Shown in pieces: positions 1-8,836 of a stretch of DNA of 32,000 nt. Origin of the DNA: Fastidiosibacter lacustris. Lineage in GTDB: Bacteria; Pseudomonadota; Gammaproteobacteria; Francisellales; Francisellaceae. Below the pieces are notes generated by a model. The model was not told where the DNA came from, ran no database searches, and saw nothing but the letters and a program-made list of their open reading frames with translations. The stretch spans positions 210,001 through 242,000 of the forward strand of contig NZ_QLIR01000001.1 in NCBI RefSeq assembly GCF_003428155.1. Reading direction: 5' to 3'. Position 1 is the first letter of the stretch, and each line of letters starts with the position of its first letter. The position numbers and the translations under genes were made by a program.

Positions 1-596
1 AAAAGCAAGCAAATCAGCCACCACAAATCATTATTACTATGCCATTGTTAGAAGGTTTAGATGGTGTTAAAAAAATGTCTAAATCTGCTAACAATTACAT
101 TGGTATTGAAGAGTCTGCACAAGAGATGTGTGGTAAAATCATGTCAATTTCAGATGAGCTGATGTGGCGTTATTACGAGCTTTTAAGTTTTAAACCAATG
201 GCAGAAATAAACGCACTAAAACAAGCTGTTCAAAATGGTCAAAACCCACGTGATGTTAAAATTGAGCTCGCAAAAGAAATTATTGCACGTTTCCGTAGTG
301 AAGAAGAAGCCAATAGAGCGCATCAGGACTTTATTGACCGCTTCCAAAAAAATCAAATTCCAGATAATATTCCTGAAGAAACCATTACTATCGCTCAAGA
401 CAGAATACCAATTGCCAACCTTCTGAAACTTGTAGGTCTTGTATCTAGTACATCGGAAGCCATTCGCATGATCAAGCAAGGTGCTGTCAAAATAAATGGT
501 GATAGAATTGATGATACTCAGTTGGTATTAAAGCAACAAACCTCAGATATTTATCAAGTTGGGAAAAGAAAGTTTGCTAAGATTAACTTGATATAA
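1..596 (+). CDS. tyrS: Tyrosyl-tRNA synthetase, C-terminal part (5' truncated by window edge)
   Basis: The frame is open from base 3 ([34 protein letters not shown]); it has the KMSKS motif and a C-terminal S4-like domain ([20 protein letters not shown]). Confidence 0.95.
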   Translation, partial: KQANQPPQIIITMPLLEGLDGVKKMSKSANNYIGIEESAQEMCGKIMSISDELMWRYYELLSFKPMAEINALKQAVQNGQNPRDVKIELAKEIIARFRSEEEANRAHQDFIDRFQKNQIPDNIPEETITIAQDRIPIANLLKLVGLVSSTSEAIRMIKQGAVKINGDRIDDTQLVLKQQTSDIYQVGKRKFAKINLI

Positions 597-615
597 AAGG
601 GGTATAGGAGAAAAT

Positions 616-813
616 ATGGAAAAGTTTATTCAGGAAGTGCTAGTTGTTTTTATTGCAATAACGGCAATCGTTGTGTTATTTCACGTTTTTATTTTTTTAT
701 TTTGGATATTGCTTTTTGCGATAGCTATTACGATTGTTTATCGCATTATTAAATTTATTGTTAATCTGTTCCTACCTAAAAAGAATAATGTGATTGAGCA
801 CGAAGATTTGTAG
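616..813 (+). CDS. Small hydrophobic membrane protein, unknown function (65 aa)
   Basis: ORF 19 bp after tyrS; two hydrophobic stretches followed by a basic/acidic tail; plausible upstream GGAG. Confidence 0.5.
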   Translation: MEKFIQEVLVVFIAITAIVVLFHVFIFLFWILLFAIAITIVYRIIKFIVNLFLPKKNNVIEHEDL

Positions 814-828
814 GTATTACAGACGAAT

Positions 829-1464
829 ATGTGCTTTAAAATGATGGCTTCTTTGAAACACCTAATTGGGGCATTTTCATTGGTGATGTTTATGAGCAGT
901 TGTTCAGAGCAGCGGCAACCTCAAATTAGTAAAAAAGATTTGCAAAGTGGTGAATATGCTCACGAGCTGCGTGCGCATTTGGATGTAAGAGTTGAACAGT
1001 TACAACTTTTATTTAGTAGTAAGAGAATTCTTCAAACTTTAGAATATGCAAATCAGCATTTATCAGAAGAGGGGTTCTTATCCCCAGTGCATTATCAAGC
1101 CTTAGATCAAGATATGCAAAAGTCTCGTGATACCTATAATGTTCAATTGCTTCTTTACAATGCTTGTGCGATTAAAATAAAGCAGTTTCAGGCAGAGCAT
1201 CCAGCCTTTGCTGAAATTTTTATAACGAATTTAGTTGGGATGAACGTTTGTCAAACAAACATGACCACAGATTTTTATCAGGCAGATGAAGATTGGTGGA
1301 AAAATAGCTATAACAATGGCAAAGGCAAGTTGTTATACGGTGAAATTGAATATGATACTAGTGCTGCTGAAATTGTAGTGCCTATTTACATGCCAATTTA
1401 TGATTCTCATATACTTATTGGTATTGCTAAAGTGTTGGTATCGGTGAATAGTATTTATAACTAA
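829..1464 (+). CDS. Lipoprotein with Cache/PDC-like sensor domain
   Basis: N-terminal signal with lipobox-like MSSC; C-terminal TTDFYQADEDWWKNSYNNGKGKLLYGEIEYD...VVPIYMPIYDSHILIGIAKVLVSV resembles Cache/PDC domains. True start may be the ATG at 841 or 844. Confidence 0.65.
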   Translation: MCFKMMASLKHLIGAFSLVMFMSSCSEQRQPQISKKDLQSGEYAHELRAHLDVRVEQLQLLFSSKRILQTLEYANQHLSEEGFLSPVHYQALDQDMQKSRDTYNVQLLLYNACAIKIKQFQAEHPAFAEIFITNLVGMNVCQTNMTTDFYQADEDWWKNSYNNGKGKLLYGEIEYDTSAAEIVVPIYMPIYDSHILIGIAKVLVSVNSIYN

Positions 1465-1465
1465 T

Positions 1466-1493
1466 ATCAATATTGTTGCATCTTCATATTGAT
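1466..1493. repeat. Inverted repeat ATCAATAT-N12-ATATTGAT upstream of trpB
   Basis: Read directly: arms 1466-1473 and 1486-1493 are perfect reverse complements. Confidence 0.6.
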
Positions 1494-1588
1494 ACAAAGT
1501 TGCAAATTTTCTTTGTCACACCGTAAAAGGAATGTTATGTTAGACGCACAGTTTTTGCTGTTTTTTTTTGAAGGATTAATATTCTTTT

Positions 1589-2770
1589 ATGCAATTAGCA
1601 ACACGATATGGTCAGTTTGGTGGCTGTTATGCTCCTGAAAGCTTAATTCCGACGTTAACTGAGATTGAACAAGGTTTTATCGAAATTCAAAAGGATCAAA
1701 CTTTTCAAGATGAGCTTCAACGTATGTTACGTGATTATGCTGGACGTGAAACGCCCATTACTTTTATGCGTAATCTTTCTTCTGAATATAATATTCATCT
1801 GTATTTAAAGCGCGAGGATTTATTGCATGGTGGCGCCCATAAAACCAATAATACAATTGGTCAGATGCTGTTAGCAAAATATTTAGGCAAAAAACGGGTC
1901 ATTGCCGAGACTGGAGCTGGGCAACATGGTGTAGCAACAGCTATGACAGGAGCGATGCTAGGTCTTGATGTTGAAATCTATATGGGTGCGGTTGATATTG
2001 CAAGGCAAAAGCCCAATGTTGAGCGAATGAGGCTTTTTGGAGCAAAAGTGCATAGTGTGTCTTCGGGTAGTGCTACATTGAAAGATGCTATTAATGATGC
2101 TATGCGTGATTGGATCAGTCATGCAGAGGATACCTATTATTGCTTTGGTACAGCTGCTGGTCCTCATCCTTTTCCAAGTTTGGTGCGTTATTTTCAACAA
2201 GTCATAGGACACGAAGCAAGAAATCAAATGCTTCTTAAAACAGATAAACTCCCAGATGCCGTGATTGCTTGTATAGGTGGAGGTAGTAATGCTATTGGTA
2301 TATTTAGTGGTTTTCTGGCAGATGAAAGAGTTATGCTTTATGGTGCTGAACCTGCAGGCAAGGGCATTGAAACAGGTGAGCATGCAGCAACAATGAATAA
2401 AGGAAAAGTTGGTGTTTTTCATGGTATGCACTCATTGTTTTTACAAGATGAAGATGGTCAGATTAAAGAACCATACTCCATCTCAGCGGGGTTAGACTAT
2501 CCTGGCATAGGACCTGAGCATGTTTATTTACAACAAATTAAGCGTGCTCAATATATGGTTATTAGTGATAGCGAGGCTATTAATGCGTTTGAAGAGCTAT
2601 CTAAAAAAGAGGGCATTATTCCAGCTTTTGAATCGTCACATGCTTTGGCTTTAGCGCTGAAATTAGCTAAAAATGAACTCAAAACCAAAACCATATTAGT
2701 CAATTTATCAGGTCGTGGGGACAAAGACTTAGCAAGCTATTTTTTGTATAAAGGTACTATTAATGAATAG
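1589..2770 (+). CDS. trpB: Tryptophan synthase beta chain
   Basis: 393 aa; HGGAHKTNNT PLP-lysine motif, AETGAGQHGVATA, and GGGSNAIG. Confidence 0.97.
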   Translation: MQLATRYGQFGGCYAPESLIPTLTEIEQGFIEIQKDQTFQDELQRMLRDYAGRETPITFMRNLSSEYNIHLYLKREDLLHGGAHKTNNTIGQMLLAKYLGKKRVIAETGAGQHGVATAMTGAMLGLDVEIYMGAVDIARQKPNVERMRLFGAKVHSVSSGSATLKDAINDAMRDWISHAEDTYYCFGTAAGPHPFPSLVRYFQQVIGHEARNQMLLKTDKLPDAVIACIGGGSNAIGIFSGFLADERVMLYGAEPAGKGIETGEHAATMNKGKVGVFHGMHSLFLQDEDGQIKEPYSISAGLDYPGIGPEHVYLQQIKRAQYMVISDSEAINAFEELSKKEGIIPAFESSHALALALKLAKNELKTKTILVNLSGRGDKDLASYFLYKGTINE

Positions 2771-3566
2771 ATTTAATATGCTTTTTCAGGATAAAAATAA
2801 GAAAGTATTTATGCCATTTTTCACTTTGGGGGATCCTGATTTCGACAGAAGTTTAACAATTATTGACGCTGTCATTAGTACCGGAATTGAGGCAATTGAG
2901 CTTGGGTTTCCATTTTCTGATCCAATTGCTGACGGTCCTATGAACCAAAGATCAATGGAACGCGCACTAAAATCAGGCATGAAATTTGACCGTTGTATTG
3001 AACTTTTAAGCGTTATCCGAATACGCTACCCACAACTGGCTATTGGACTTTTGATTTATTACAACTTATTGTTTAGTCACGGTGAAATAGCATATCAAAA
3101 ACTCTCTCAGGTTGGTGTAGACGCCGTGGTGTGTGCAGATTTACCACTAGAAGAAGCTAAAGAACACATGGATTTGCTTAAAAAATATAATATTGGCGTA
3201 GTGCAAATGATTGCACCTAATTCAAATGATATACGTGTTAGAGTGTTAGCTGATCATAGTAGTGCATTTAATTATGTATTAAGTGGTTTTGGAACGACTG
3301 GTGTCAAAGCAGAAATAGCGCCTCAAACGCTCGTGCGAATCAAACAAGTACGAAGCTTAATTGATAAGCCAATGGTGGTGGGGTTTGGTATTTCAAAACC
3401 CGCTCATGTCCATGCCGTATGGCAAGCAGGAGGTAATGCGGCTATCGTCGGCAGTTATTTTACTTCTCTTATTGAGCAAAACTTAGGTAATATAACGAAC
3501 GCAATAAATAAAATGAAACAATTTATACAAGACGTTCACAACTATGCATTATTCTGTTCTACTTAA
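2763..3566 (+). CDS. trpA: Tryptophan synthase alpha chain
   Basis: 267 aa; ELGFPFSDPIADGP with catalytic Glu and Asp, VGFGISKPAHV; overlaps trpB by 8 bp. Confidence 0.95.
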   Translation: MNRFNMLFQDKNKKVFMPFFTLGDPDFDRSLTIIDAVISTGIEAIELGFPFSDPIADGPMNQRSMERALKSGMKFDRCIELLSVIRIRYPQLAIGLLIYYNLLFSHGEIAYQKLSQVGVDAVVCADLPLEEAKEHMDLLKKYNIGVVQMIAPNSNDIRVRVLADHSSAFNYVLSGFGTTGVKAEIAPQTLVRIKQVRSLIDKPMVVGFGISKPAHVHAVWQAGGNAAIVGSYFTSLIEQNLGNITNAINKMKQFIQDVHNYALFCST

Positions 3567-4479
3567 TGAGTCACTTGATGCTTTAGATATTCAACAAGAT
3601 GGTATCTATATTGATGCTACCTTTGGTCGTGGTGGTCATTCACAAGCAATTCTAGAAAAACTCAATACAGGTCAATTGTTTGCTTTTGATCGTGATTTAG
3701 AAGCTATTGAATATGGTAAGGATAACTTTTCTGATTACATTCAGAATCGTAAATTAATACTCATCCACGCGCCATTTTCAACGATGAAAACAGTAATCGA
3801 TGCACACGGATTAACAGGGAAAATAAATGGAATTTTGCTTGATTTAGGGGTGTCATCACCGCAGTTAGATCAAGCTGAGCGTGGGTTTAGTTTTATGAAA
3901 GATGGTCCACTTGATATGCGCATGGATCAAACAAATGGTGTGTCGGCTTTTGACGTGCTTAATAGTCACAGCGTTGAGGAGCTTAGTCTTATTTTCCGTG
4001 AGTTTGGTGAAGAGCGTCACGCTTTCCGTATAGCACAAGCAATTAAAACAGCACTTCAATCAGGTGGAGATTTAACACGTACACTTAAGCTTGCAAGCCT
4101 TATTGAAAAAACGATTGGTAAGAGAGAAAAAAAACATCCAGCTACTCGCTGTTTTCAAGCGTTAAGAATCTATGTCAATCAGGAGTTGAATGAGATTAGT
4201 AAAACCTTGATAGATGCGTTTGAGTTGTTAAAGTCAACAGGACGTTTAACCGTGATTAGTTTTCATTCGTTAGAGGATAGAATTGTGAAACACTTTATGA
4301 CCAATTTGATTAAACATGAAAATAAAAACCTTCCGCGAGGTTTTCCTGTGTTTGATAACTTTATTCCGCAAGCCAAGTGGATTATAAAACAAGGTAAATC
4401 AAATGAAGATGAGCTAAGTAAAAATGTGCGCTCAAGAAGTGCAATCTTAAGAGTGATAGAAAAAATAAAAAAGGTTTGA
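3544..4479 (+). CDS. rsmH: 16S rRNA (cytosine1402-N4)-methyltransferase
   Basis: MHYSVLLNESLDALDIQQDGIYIDATFGRGGHS, LDLGVSSPQLD, ERGFSF, VISFHSLEDRIVK motifs of RsmH/MraW; overlaps trpA by 23 bp. Confidence 0.97.
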   Translation: MHYSVLLNESLDALDIQQDGIYIDATFGRGGHSQAILEKLNTGQLFAFDRDLEAIEYGKDNFSDYIQNRKLILIHAPFSTMKTVIDAHGLTGKINGILLDLGVSSPQLDQAERGFSFMKDGPLDMRMDQTNGVSAFDVLNSHSVEELSLIFREFGEERHAFRIAQAIKTALQSGGDLTRTLKLASLIEKTIGKREKKHPATRCFQALRIYVNQELNEISKTLIDAFELLKSTGRLTVISFHSLEDRIVKHFMTNLIKHENKNLPRGFPVFDNFIPQAKWIIKQGKSNEDELSKNVRSRSAILRVIEKIKKV

Positions 4480-4480
4480 T

Positions 4481-4807
4481 ATGACAAGAGCAGAAGTACG
4501 TGCTAAGCTTTTTCAATCTTTTATTAAGAGCACGTTTAACTTTAAAGTTGTGCTGGCATTTGTATTATGCGTGTTGCTTGTTTTATCTGCTTTTATGGTT
4601 GTAATTGTGAAATATCAATATAAAACTGCTTTGGATGAAGAGCAAAGACTGTTTTCTCAACGAGAAAACTTGCGTGATCAATGGACACAAATTCTGATTG
4701 AGCATAGTACACTTGCCTCACCTTCGCATGTGGAAGAAGTAGCAAAAGAAAATAATATGCACTTACCAACAGTTAAGGAAACAAGGGTGATACAGGTTAA
4801 TGGCTAA
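4481..4807 (+). CDS. ftsL: Cell division protein FtsL
   Basis: Short bitopic protein (108 aa) with one TM segment and coiled-coil-like region, positioned between rsmH and ftsI. Confidence 0.85.
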   Translation: MTRAEVRAKLFQSFIKSTFNFKVVLAFVLCVLLVLSAFMVVIVKYQYKTALDEEQRLFSQRENLRDQWTQILIEHSTLASPSHVEEVAKENNMHLPTVKETRVIQVNG

Positions 4808-6488
4808 GTTAACTATAAGTAAAAGTTGGCGTTATTATTTTATTACATTTGTCATTGTTGCAGTGATTAGTCTTTTAATTTACAAACTAATTCACATGCA
4901 GACAGTCGAATATGATAAGCTTAAAAAAGAAGGTGATAATCGTTCTGAACGCACAGTCGTTAGTAAAGCCTATCGTGGTATGATCAGCGATAGAAACGGA
5001 AAACCTTTAGCAATTAGTACACCTGTTGATTCTATTTGGGTAGATCCTTTTTTTGTTAAGGCTGACGATCCCAAGTTTTTAAAAATCCTTGACTTACTAG
5101 ACTTATCTCAGGATAAGAGAACATCTATTACTGAACGTGTTAAAGCACGAGAGGGTAAAAGTGGTTTTATTTACCTAAAGCGTCAAATTTCACCTTATTT
5201 AGCTCAACAAGTTAAAATGATGGATGTTAAAGGGGTCAAGGTTGAACGTGAGTTCAAGCGTTTTTATCCAGATGCAGAGGTTATGGCTCATGTTGTTGGG
5301 TTCACTAACATTGATGACAAGGGACAAGAAGGGATTGAACTACAATATGACAGCTATTTAACCGGAAAAGATGGGAAGTACTCGATTCATCGAGATTTAA
5401 AAGGTGGGGTTGCCCGCAAAAACGATGATGATATTGCTATTGAACATGGCAATGACATTACTTTAAGTATTGATTGCAAGATTCAATATATAACCTATAA
5501 GTATTTAAAAGAAGGGGTGATAAATAATAATGCTGTTGCTGGTTCAGCGGTAATTATTGATGTTAAGACAGGTGAGGTTTTGGCTATGGTCAATTACCCT
5601 TCTTATAATCCTAATAACATGTATGATGCAACGCCTGAAAAGCGTAGAAACAGAGTGTTAACGGACGTTTATGAACCAGGGTCGGTAATAAAACCATTTA
5701 CAGCAATTGCAGGCATGGAGTCAGGAAAATATGACGTCAATACCATCGTTGATACTTCTCCTGGTTACTATAAACTCAATGGTAGTCCAGTAAGAGATTT
5801 TCGTAACTATGGAGAAATGGATTTGCGTCATATTTTAATGAAATCTTCTAATGTCGGTATTTCTAGGATTGTGCTATCAATTGATGCCAATGCTTTAGCG
5901 GATACCTTACGTAAGTTTGGTTTTGGGCAAATGACCAAAATTGGTTTTCCTGGAGAACGTAGTGGTTATGTACCTAGTCCACGTAAATGGGGAGATTTCC
6001 CTTTAGCAACCTTGTCATTTGGTTATGGAATGAATGCAACAGCATTACAAATTGCTCATGCGTATAGTGCAATTGCTAATGGTGGCAAACTTATTTCCCC
6101 CACTTTATTAAAACGCAATGAGAATGAAGACGCTTCAGGTTTTCAAGTAATTAACAGCGAAATTGCCAAGAAAATGGTTGATATGTTGACCTCTGTTGTC
6201 GAAGGTGTCGGTGGTACGTCATCAAAAGCAAGAATCTCACAGTATCATGTTGCAGGTAAAACTGGTACTGTGCGTAAGGCAATAGCAGGTGGTTATGCTT
6301 TAGATAGTTATACAGTTACTTTCGTTGGCATTACACCATCATCCAACCCTAGGATCGTTATAGTTGTTGTTGTCGATGATCCAAAAGGGGAAGCTTATGG
6401 CGGTGGTTCAGCGGCGGCACCTATATTTGCACAAATTGCAGAACATGTGTTAATCGTGATGGGGGTTCCAGCGGATAAAGAAAAATAA
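4800..6488 (+). CDS. ftsI: Peptidoglycan D,D-transpeptidase FtsI (PBP3)
   Basis: 562 aa; N-terminal TM, active-site motif GSVIKP (SxxK), SSNVG (SxN), AGKTGT (KTG). Confidence 0.96.
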   Translation: MAKLTISKSWRYYFITFVIVAVISLLIYKLIHMQTVEYDKLKKEGDNRSERTVVSKAYRGMISDRNGKPLAISTPVDSIWVDPFFVKADDPKFLKILDLLDLSQDKRTSITERVKAREGKSGFIYLKRQISPYLAQQVKMMDVKGVKVEREFKRFYPDAEVMAHVVGFTNIDDKGQEGIELQYDSYLTGKDGKYSIHRDLKGGVARKNDDDIAIEHGNDITLSIDCKIQYITYKYLKEGVINNNAVAGSAVIIDVKTGEVLAMVNYPSYNPNNMYDATPEKRRNRVLTDVYEPGSVIKPFTAIAGMESGKYDVNTIVDTSPGYYKLNGSPVRDFRNYGEMDLRHILMKSSNVGISRIVLSIDANALADTLRKFGFGQMTKIGFPGERSGYVPSPRKWGDFPLATLSFGYGMNATALQIAHAYSAIANGGKLISPTLLKRNENEDASGFQVINSEIAKKMVDMLTSVVEGVGGTSSKARISQYHVAGKTGTVRKAIAGGYALDSYTVTFVGITPSSNPRIVIVVVVDDPKGEAYGGGSAAAPIFAQIAEHVLIVMGVPADKEK

Positions 6489-6512
6489 TAATGAATAGCA
6501 TCAATCTAAGAA

Positions 6513-6541
6513 TCATTCAAAAGATTACTTTTTTTGAATGA
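6513..6541. terminator. Candidate bidirectional terminator between convergent ftsI and hslR
   Basis: Perfect 10-bp inverted repeat TCATTCAAAA-N9-TTTTGAATGA between the two stop codons; A/T tracts lie within the stem and loop. Confidence 0.45.
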
Positions 6542-6548
6542 CTTTCAC

Positions 6549-6950
6549 TTACTCCATTTTATGTTTGAATGAGATGATTTTTCTTCGTTCTTTTTTTGTT
6601 GGTTTTGTTGGATTAGGAATGCTAGCTTGATTGAGTTTACGCAATTCTTCTTCATAGCTACGCTTATTCATACTTTCTTGTGTTTCGATATAAAGCTTTT
6701 GAGCAATGCTAGCTGATTCACGTATGTTGGATAAAGCTTCTACAATAACTGTTTTGTTATAAAAACCTTGACGAATATCTAATGTGGCTCCAATTTCAAC
6801 TTTTTTACTGACTTTGCTGCGAGCACCATTGTAATGTACCTTACCACCGTCAATTGCTTCTTTTGCTAGTTGCCTTGTTTTAAAAAAGCGTGCTGCCCAT
6901 AACCATTTATCTAATCGTACGTCATTACTCATTATGCTTACCGAATCCAA
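6549..6950 (-). CDS. hslR: Ribosome-associated heat shock protein Hsp15 (S4 domain)
   Basis: VRLDKWLWAARFFKTRQLAKEAIDGGKVHYNGARSKVSKKVEIG typical of HslR. Probable true start is the internal Met at about 6932. Confidence 0.9.
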   Translation of the reverse strand: MDSVSIMSNDVRLDKWLWAARFFKTRQLAKEAIDGGKVHYNGARSKVSKKVEIGATLDIRQGFYNKTVIVEALSNIRESASIAQKLYIETQESMNKRSYEEELRKLNQASIPNPTKPTKKERRKIISFKHKME

Positions 6951-7009
6951 TATGTCATATTTTTATACTTATTGAGTTTGTTTTGGAATGCTATACTGAT
7001 CAACGGTCT

Positions 7010-7033
7010 GATATTTTATGATCATAAAATATC
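7010..7033. repeat. Perfect 24-bp palindrome GATATTTTATGATCATAAAATATC in the gor-hslR gap
   Basis: Each half is the exact reverse complement of the other; begins 2 bp after the gor stop in transcription sense. Confidence 0.9.
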
Positions 7034-7035
7034 CC

Positions 7036-8397
7036 TTAACGCATGGTAACAAGTTCTTCAGCGCTTGTTGGATGAATAGCGATCGTATTATCTAAGTCTT
7101 TTTTGGTTGCTCCCATTTGAATTGCAACGGCGAAGCCTTGTAATATTTCATCGACGTCTAAACCAATTAAATGACAGCCAATGACACTTTCTTGCTCGCC
7201 AGTGACGATAAGTTTCATGGCAGTTTGCATCCTAAAGCCAGAGATTGCTGAATATAATGGCGTGAATTTACTGGTGTAAATTTTTATATTTTCTTTGCCA
7301 TATTGCTCAATGGCTTCCTTTTCAGTCAGCCCAATCGTGCCAATAGCAGGATGTGAGAAAACAACTGTTGGAATAAGCTTAGTATCTAGTTTCAAATCAT
7401 ATTCATTATTGAATAGCCTTCTAGAGAGCCTTCTGCCTGCGGCAATTGCAACAGGTGTTAATTGTGCTGAACCCGTAGCATCTCCAATAGCAAAAATATG
7501 GTCAACAGTTGTCTTTTGGTACTCATCAACCACAATGGTGCCATCGTTTCTTAATTGTACAGTCGTGTTTTCAAAACCTAGGTTTTTGGTAAATGGTGCG
7601 CGTCCTGTTGCCCAAACCAGGCAATCTACATCGACAAAAATTTGCTTATTATTATTAGTGTAAATATCTAATAACCCATTGTCTTTTTTTATTACTTTAC
7701 TGACATTTGTCATAGTACGTACGTCGAGCTTAAGCATGTGCATGCTTTCAAGCAATTGATCACTTAGCATTTCATCGAAGTCTTTGAGTGGCTTGTCACG
7801 TCGTATTAAAAAATGGGTTTCTGTACCAAGTTCATGAAAAGCCCCTGCAATTTCGACACCAATATAGCCACCACCTACGACAACGGCTTTTTTAGGTTGA
7901 GTATCAAGCTCAAAGAAATCATCTGAGGTAATACCATACTGAGCACCTGAAATATTACTAGGGGTAAGCGGATATGCGCCTGGGCAAACATAGATGTAAT
8001 CCGCACTGATTTCAATATTGCCATCAATGATAATAGTGTGGTCATCTTTGAATTTTCCCCAGCCTTTAAAGTAGGTTATTTTTTGAATATCTAACAGTTT
8101 GTCATAAAATCTATGGATATTGTCGATATAAGTGTGGCGTTTTTGCTTAAGCAATTGCCAGTCAAAACCCTTAACATCTATATTAAAACCATAACCTGGA
8201 TAGTCATGCTTTAAATGTGATGCAAGATTAGAGGCATACCACATTGCTTTTTTGGGTACACAACCCCGGTTTACACAAGTGCCACCGAGTTCTTTGGCTT
8301 CAATAATTGCGACTTTTTTACCTAGACGCGCGGCTTGTACACCTGCGGCAATGCCACCACTGCCACCACCAATACAAATTAAATCGAAGTGTTGCAT
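7036..8397 (-). CDS. gor: Glutathione-disulfide reductase family flavoprotein
   Basis: 453 aa; [20 protein letters not shown] motif, redox [27 protein letters not shown](P) motif, C-terminal HPTSAEE. Confidence 0.92.
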   Translation of the reverse strand: MQHFDLICIGGGSGGIAAGVQAARLGKKVAIIEAKELGGTCVNRGCVPKKAMWYASNLASHLKHDYPGYGFNIDVKGFDWQLLKQKRHTYIDNIHRFYDKLLDIQKITYFKGWGKFKDDHTIIIDGNIEISADYIYVCPGAYPLTPSNISGAQYGITSDDFFELDTQPKKAVVVGGGYIGVEIAGAFHELGTETHFLIRRDKPLKDFDEMLSDQLLESMHMLKLDVRTMTNVSKVIKKDNGLLDIYTNNNKQIFVDVDCLVWATGRAPFTKNLGFENTTVQLRNDGTIVVDEYQKTTVDHIFAIGDATGSAQLTPVAIAAGRRLSRRLFNNEYDLKLDTKLIPTVVFSHPAIGTIGLTEKEAIEQYGKENIKIYTSKFTPLYSAISGFRMQTAMKLIVTGEQESVIGCHLIGLDVDEILQGFAVAIQMGATKKDLDNTIAIHPTSAEELVTMR

Positions 8398-8433
8398 AAT
8401 TTAAATAACGTTTGAGTTAATAAAATTAGGCTC

Positions 8434-8462
8434 AGTATACTGATCAAGTATAAAGTTGTCAT
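8434..8462 (-). promoter_or_regulatory. Candidate sigma70 promoter of gor
   Basis: On the minus strand: ATGACA (-35, 8457-8462, 5/6), 17-nt spacer, TATACT (-10, 8434-8439, 5/6), about 37 bp from the start codon. Confidence 0.5.
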
Positions 8463-8836
8463 TAGTTAACTGAAACCAAGACAAAACCTTTTGTTACAAG
8501 TATTTAAGGTATTTCCAAAGTATGCTTAAATTGTAATAGTAAAGTTCCATTGAAAACAAGAAAATGAGGATAAATAAGCAGGGTTTTACTATAACGAAGA
8601 AATGAAAAATATACGGAGCGTACGTGCATCCATTGATGAACTCATTAAGAAATATTGGCACTTATTGGAATAACTATAGTATTGCAAAAAGGTACGAATA
8701 AATTTTTTGACCTAAATTTTTAACAAGGTACTTAAAACAACGATCAGTTTTAGTGGTTTTTTATATATTGCAGGAAATTTGATAGCGTTACGGTATAAAA
8801 AAGGGGTTCACGGAACTTCAATTTTGCAACGAACTC

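Noticed and set aside
1958-2431. 157-aa minus-strand ORF within trpB.
   Set aside because: Low-complexity Cys/His/Ser-rich antisense translation of a clearly coding trpB. The same reasoning removes the antisense ORFs in tyrS, trpA, rsmH, gor, purH, mscS, POT, prmA, accB, lptD, dnaE and yebC.
2763-3566. TrpA appeared divergent (YYNLLF instead of YxNP; SGFGTTG instead of SRAGVTG).
   Set aside because: Compared with the E. coli-type TrpA that I recall (YANLVFNKG, LLSRSGVTG), most of these are normal for the gammaproteobacterial form. The catalytic Glu and Asp motifs are intact, so it is probably an ordinary enzyme.
7010-7033. Possible Fur box in the 24-bp palindrome.
   Set aside because: The centre ATGATCAT only loosely resembles the GATAATGATAATCATTATC consensus, so the regulator identity is left open.
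8689-8731. Direct repeats AAGGTAC in the gor-purH gap.
   Set aside because: Only 7 bp and two copies; expected by chance.
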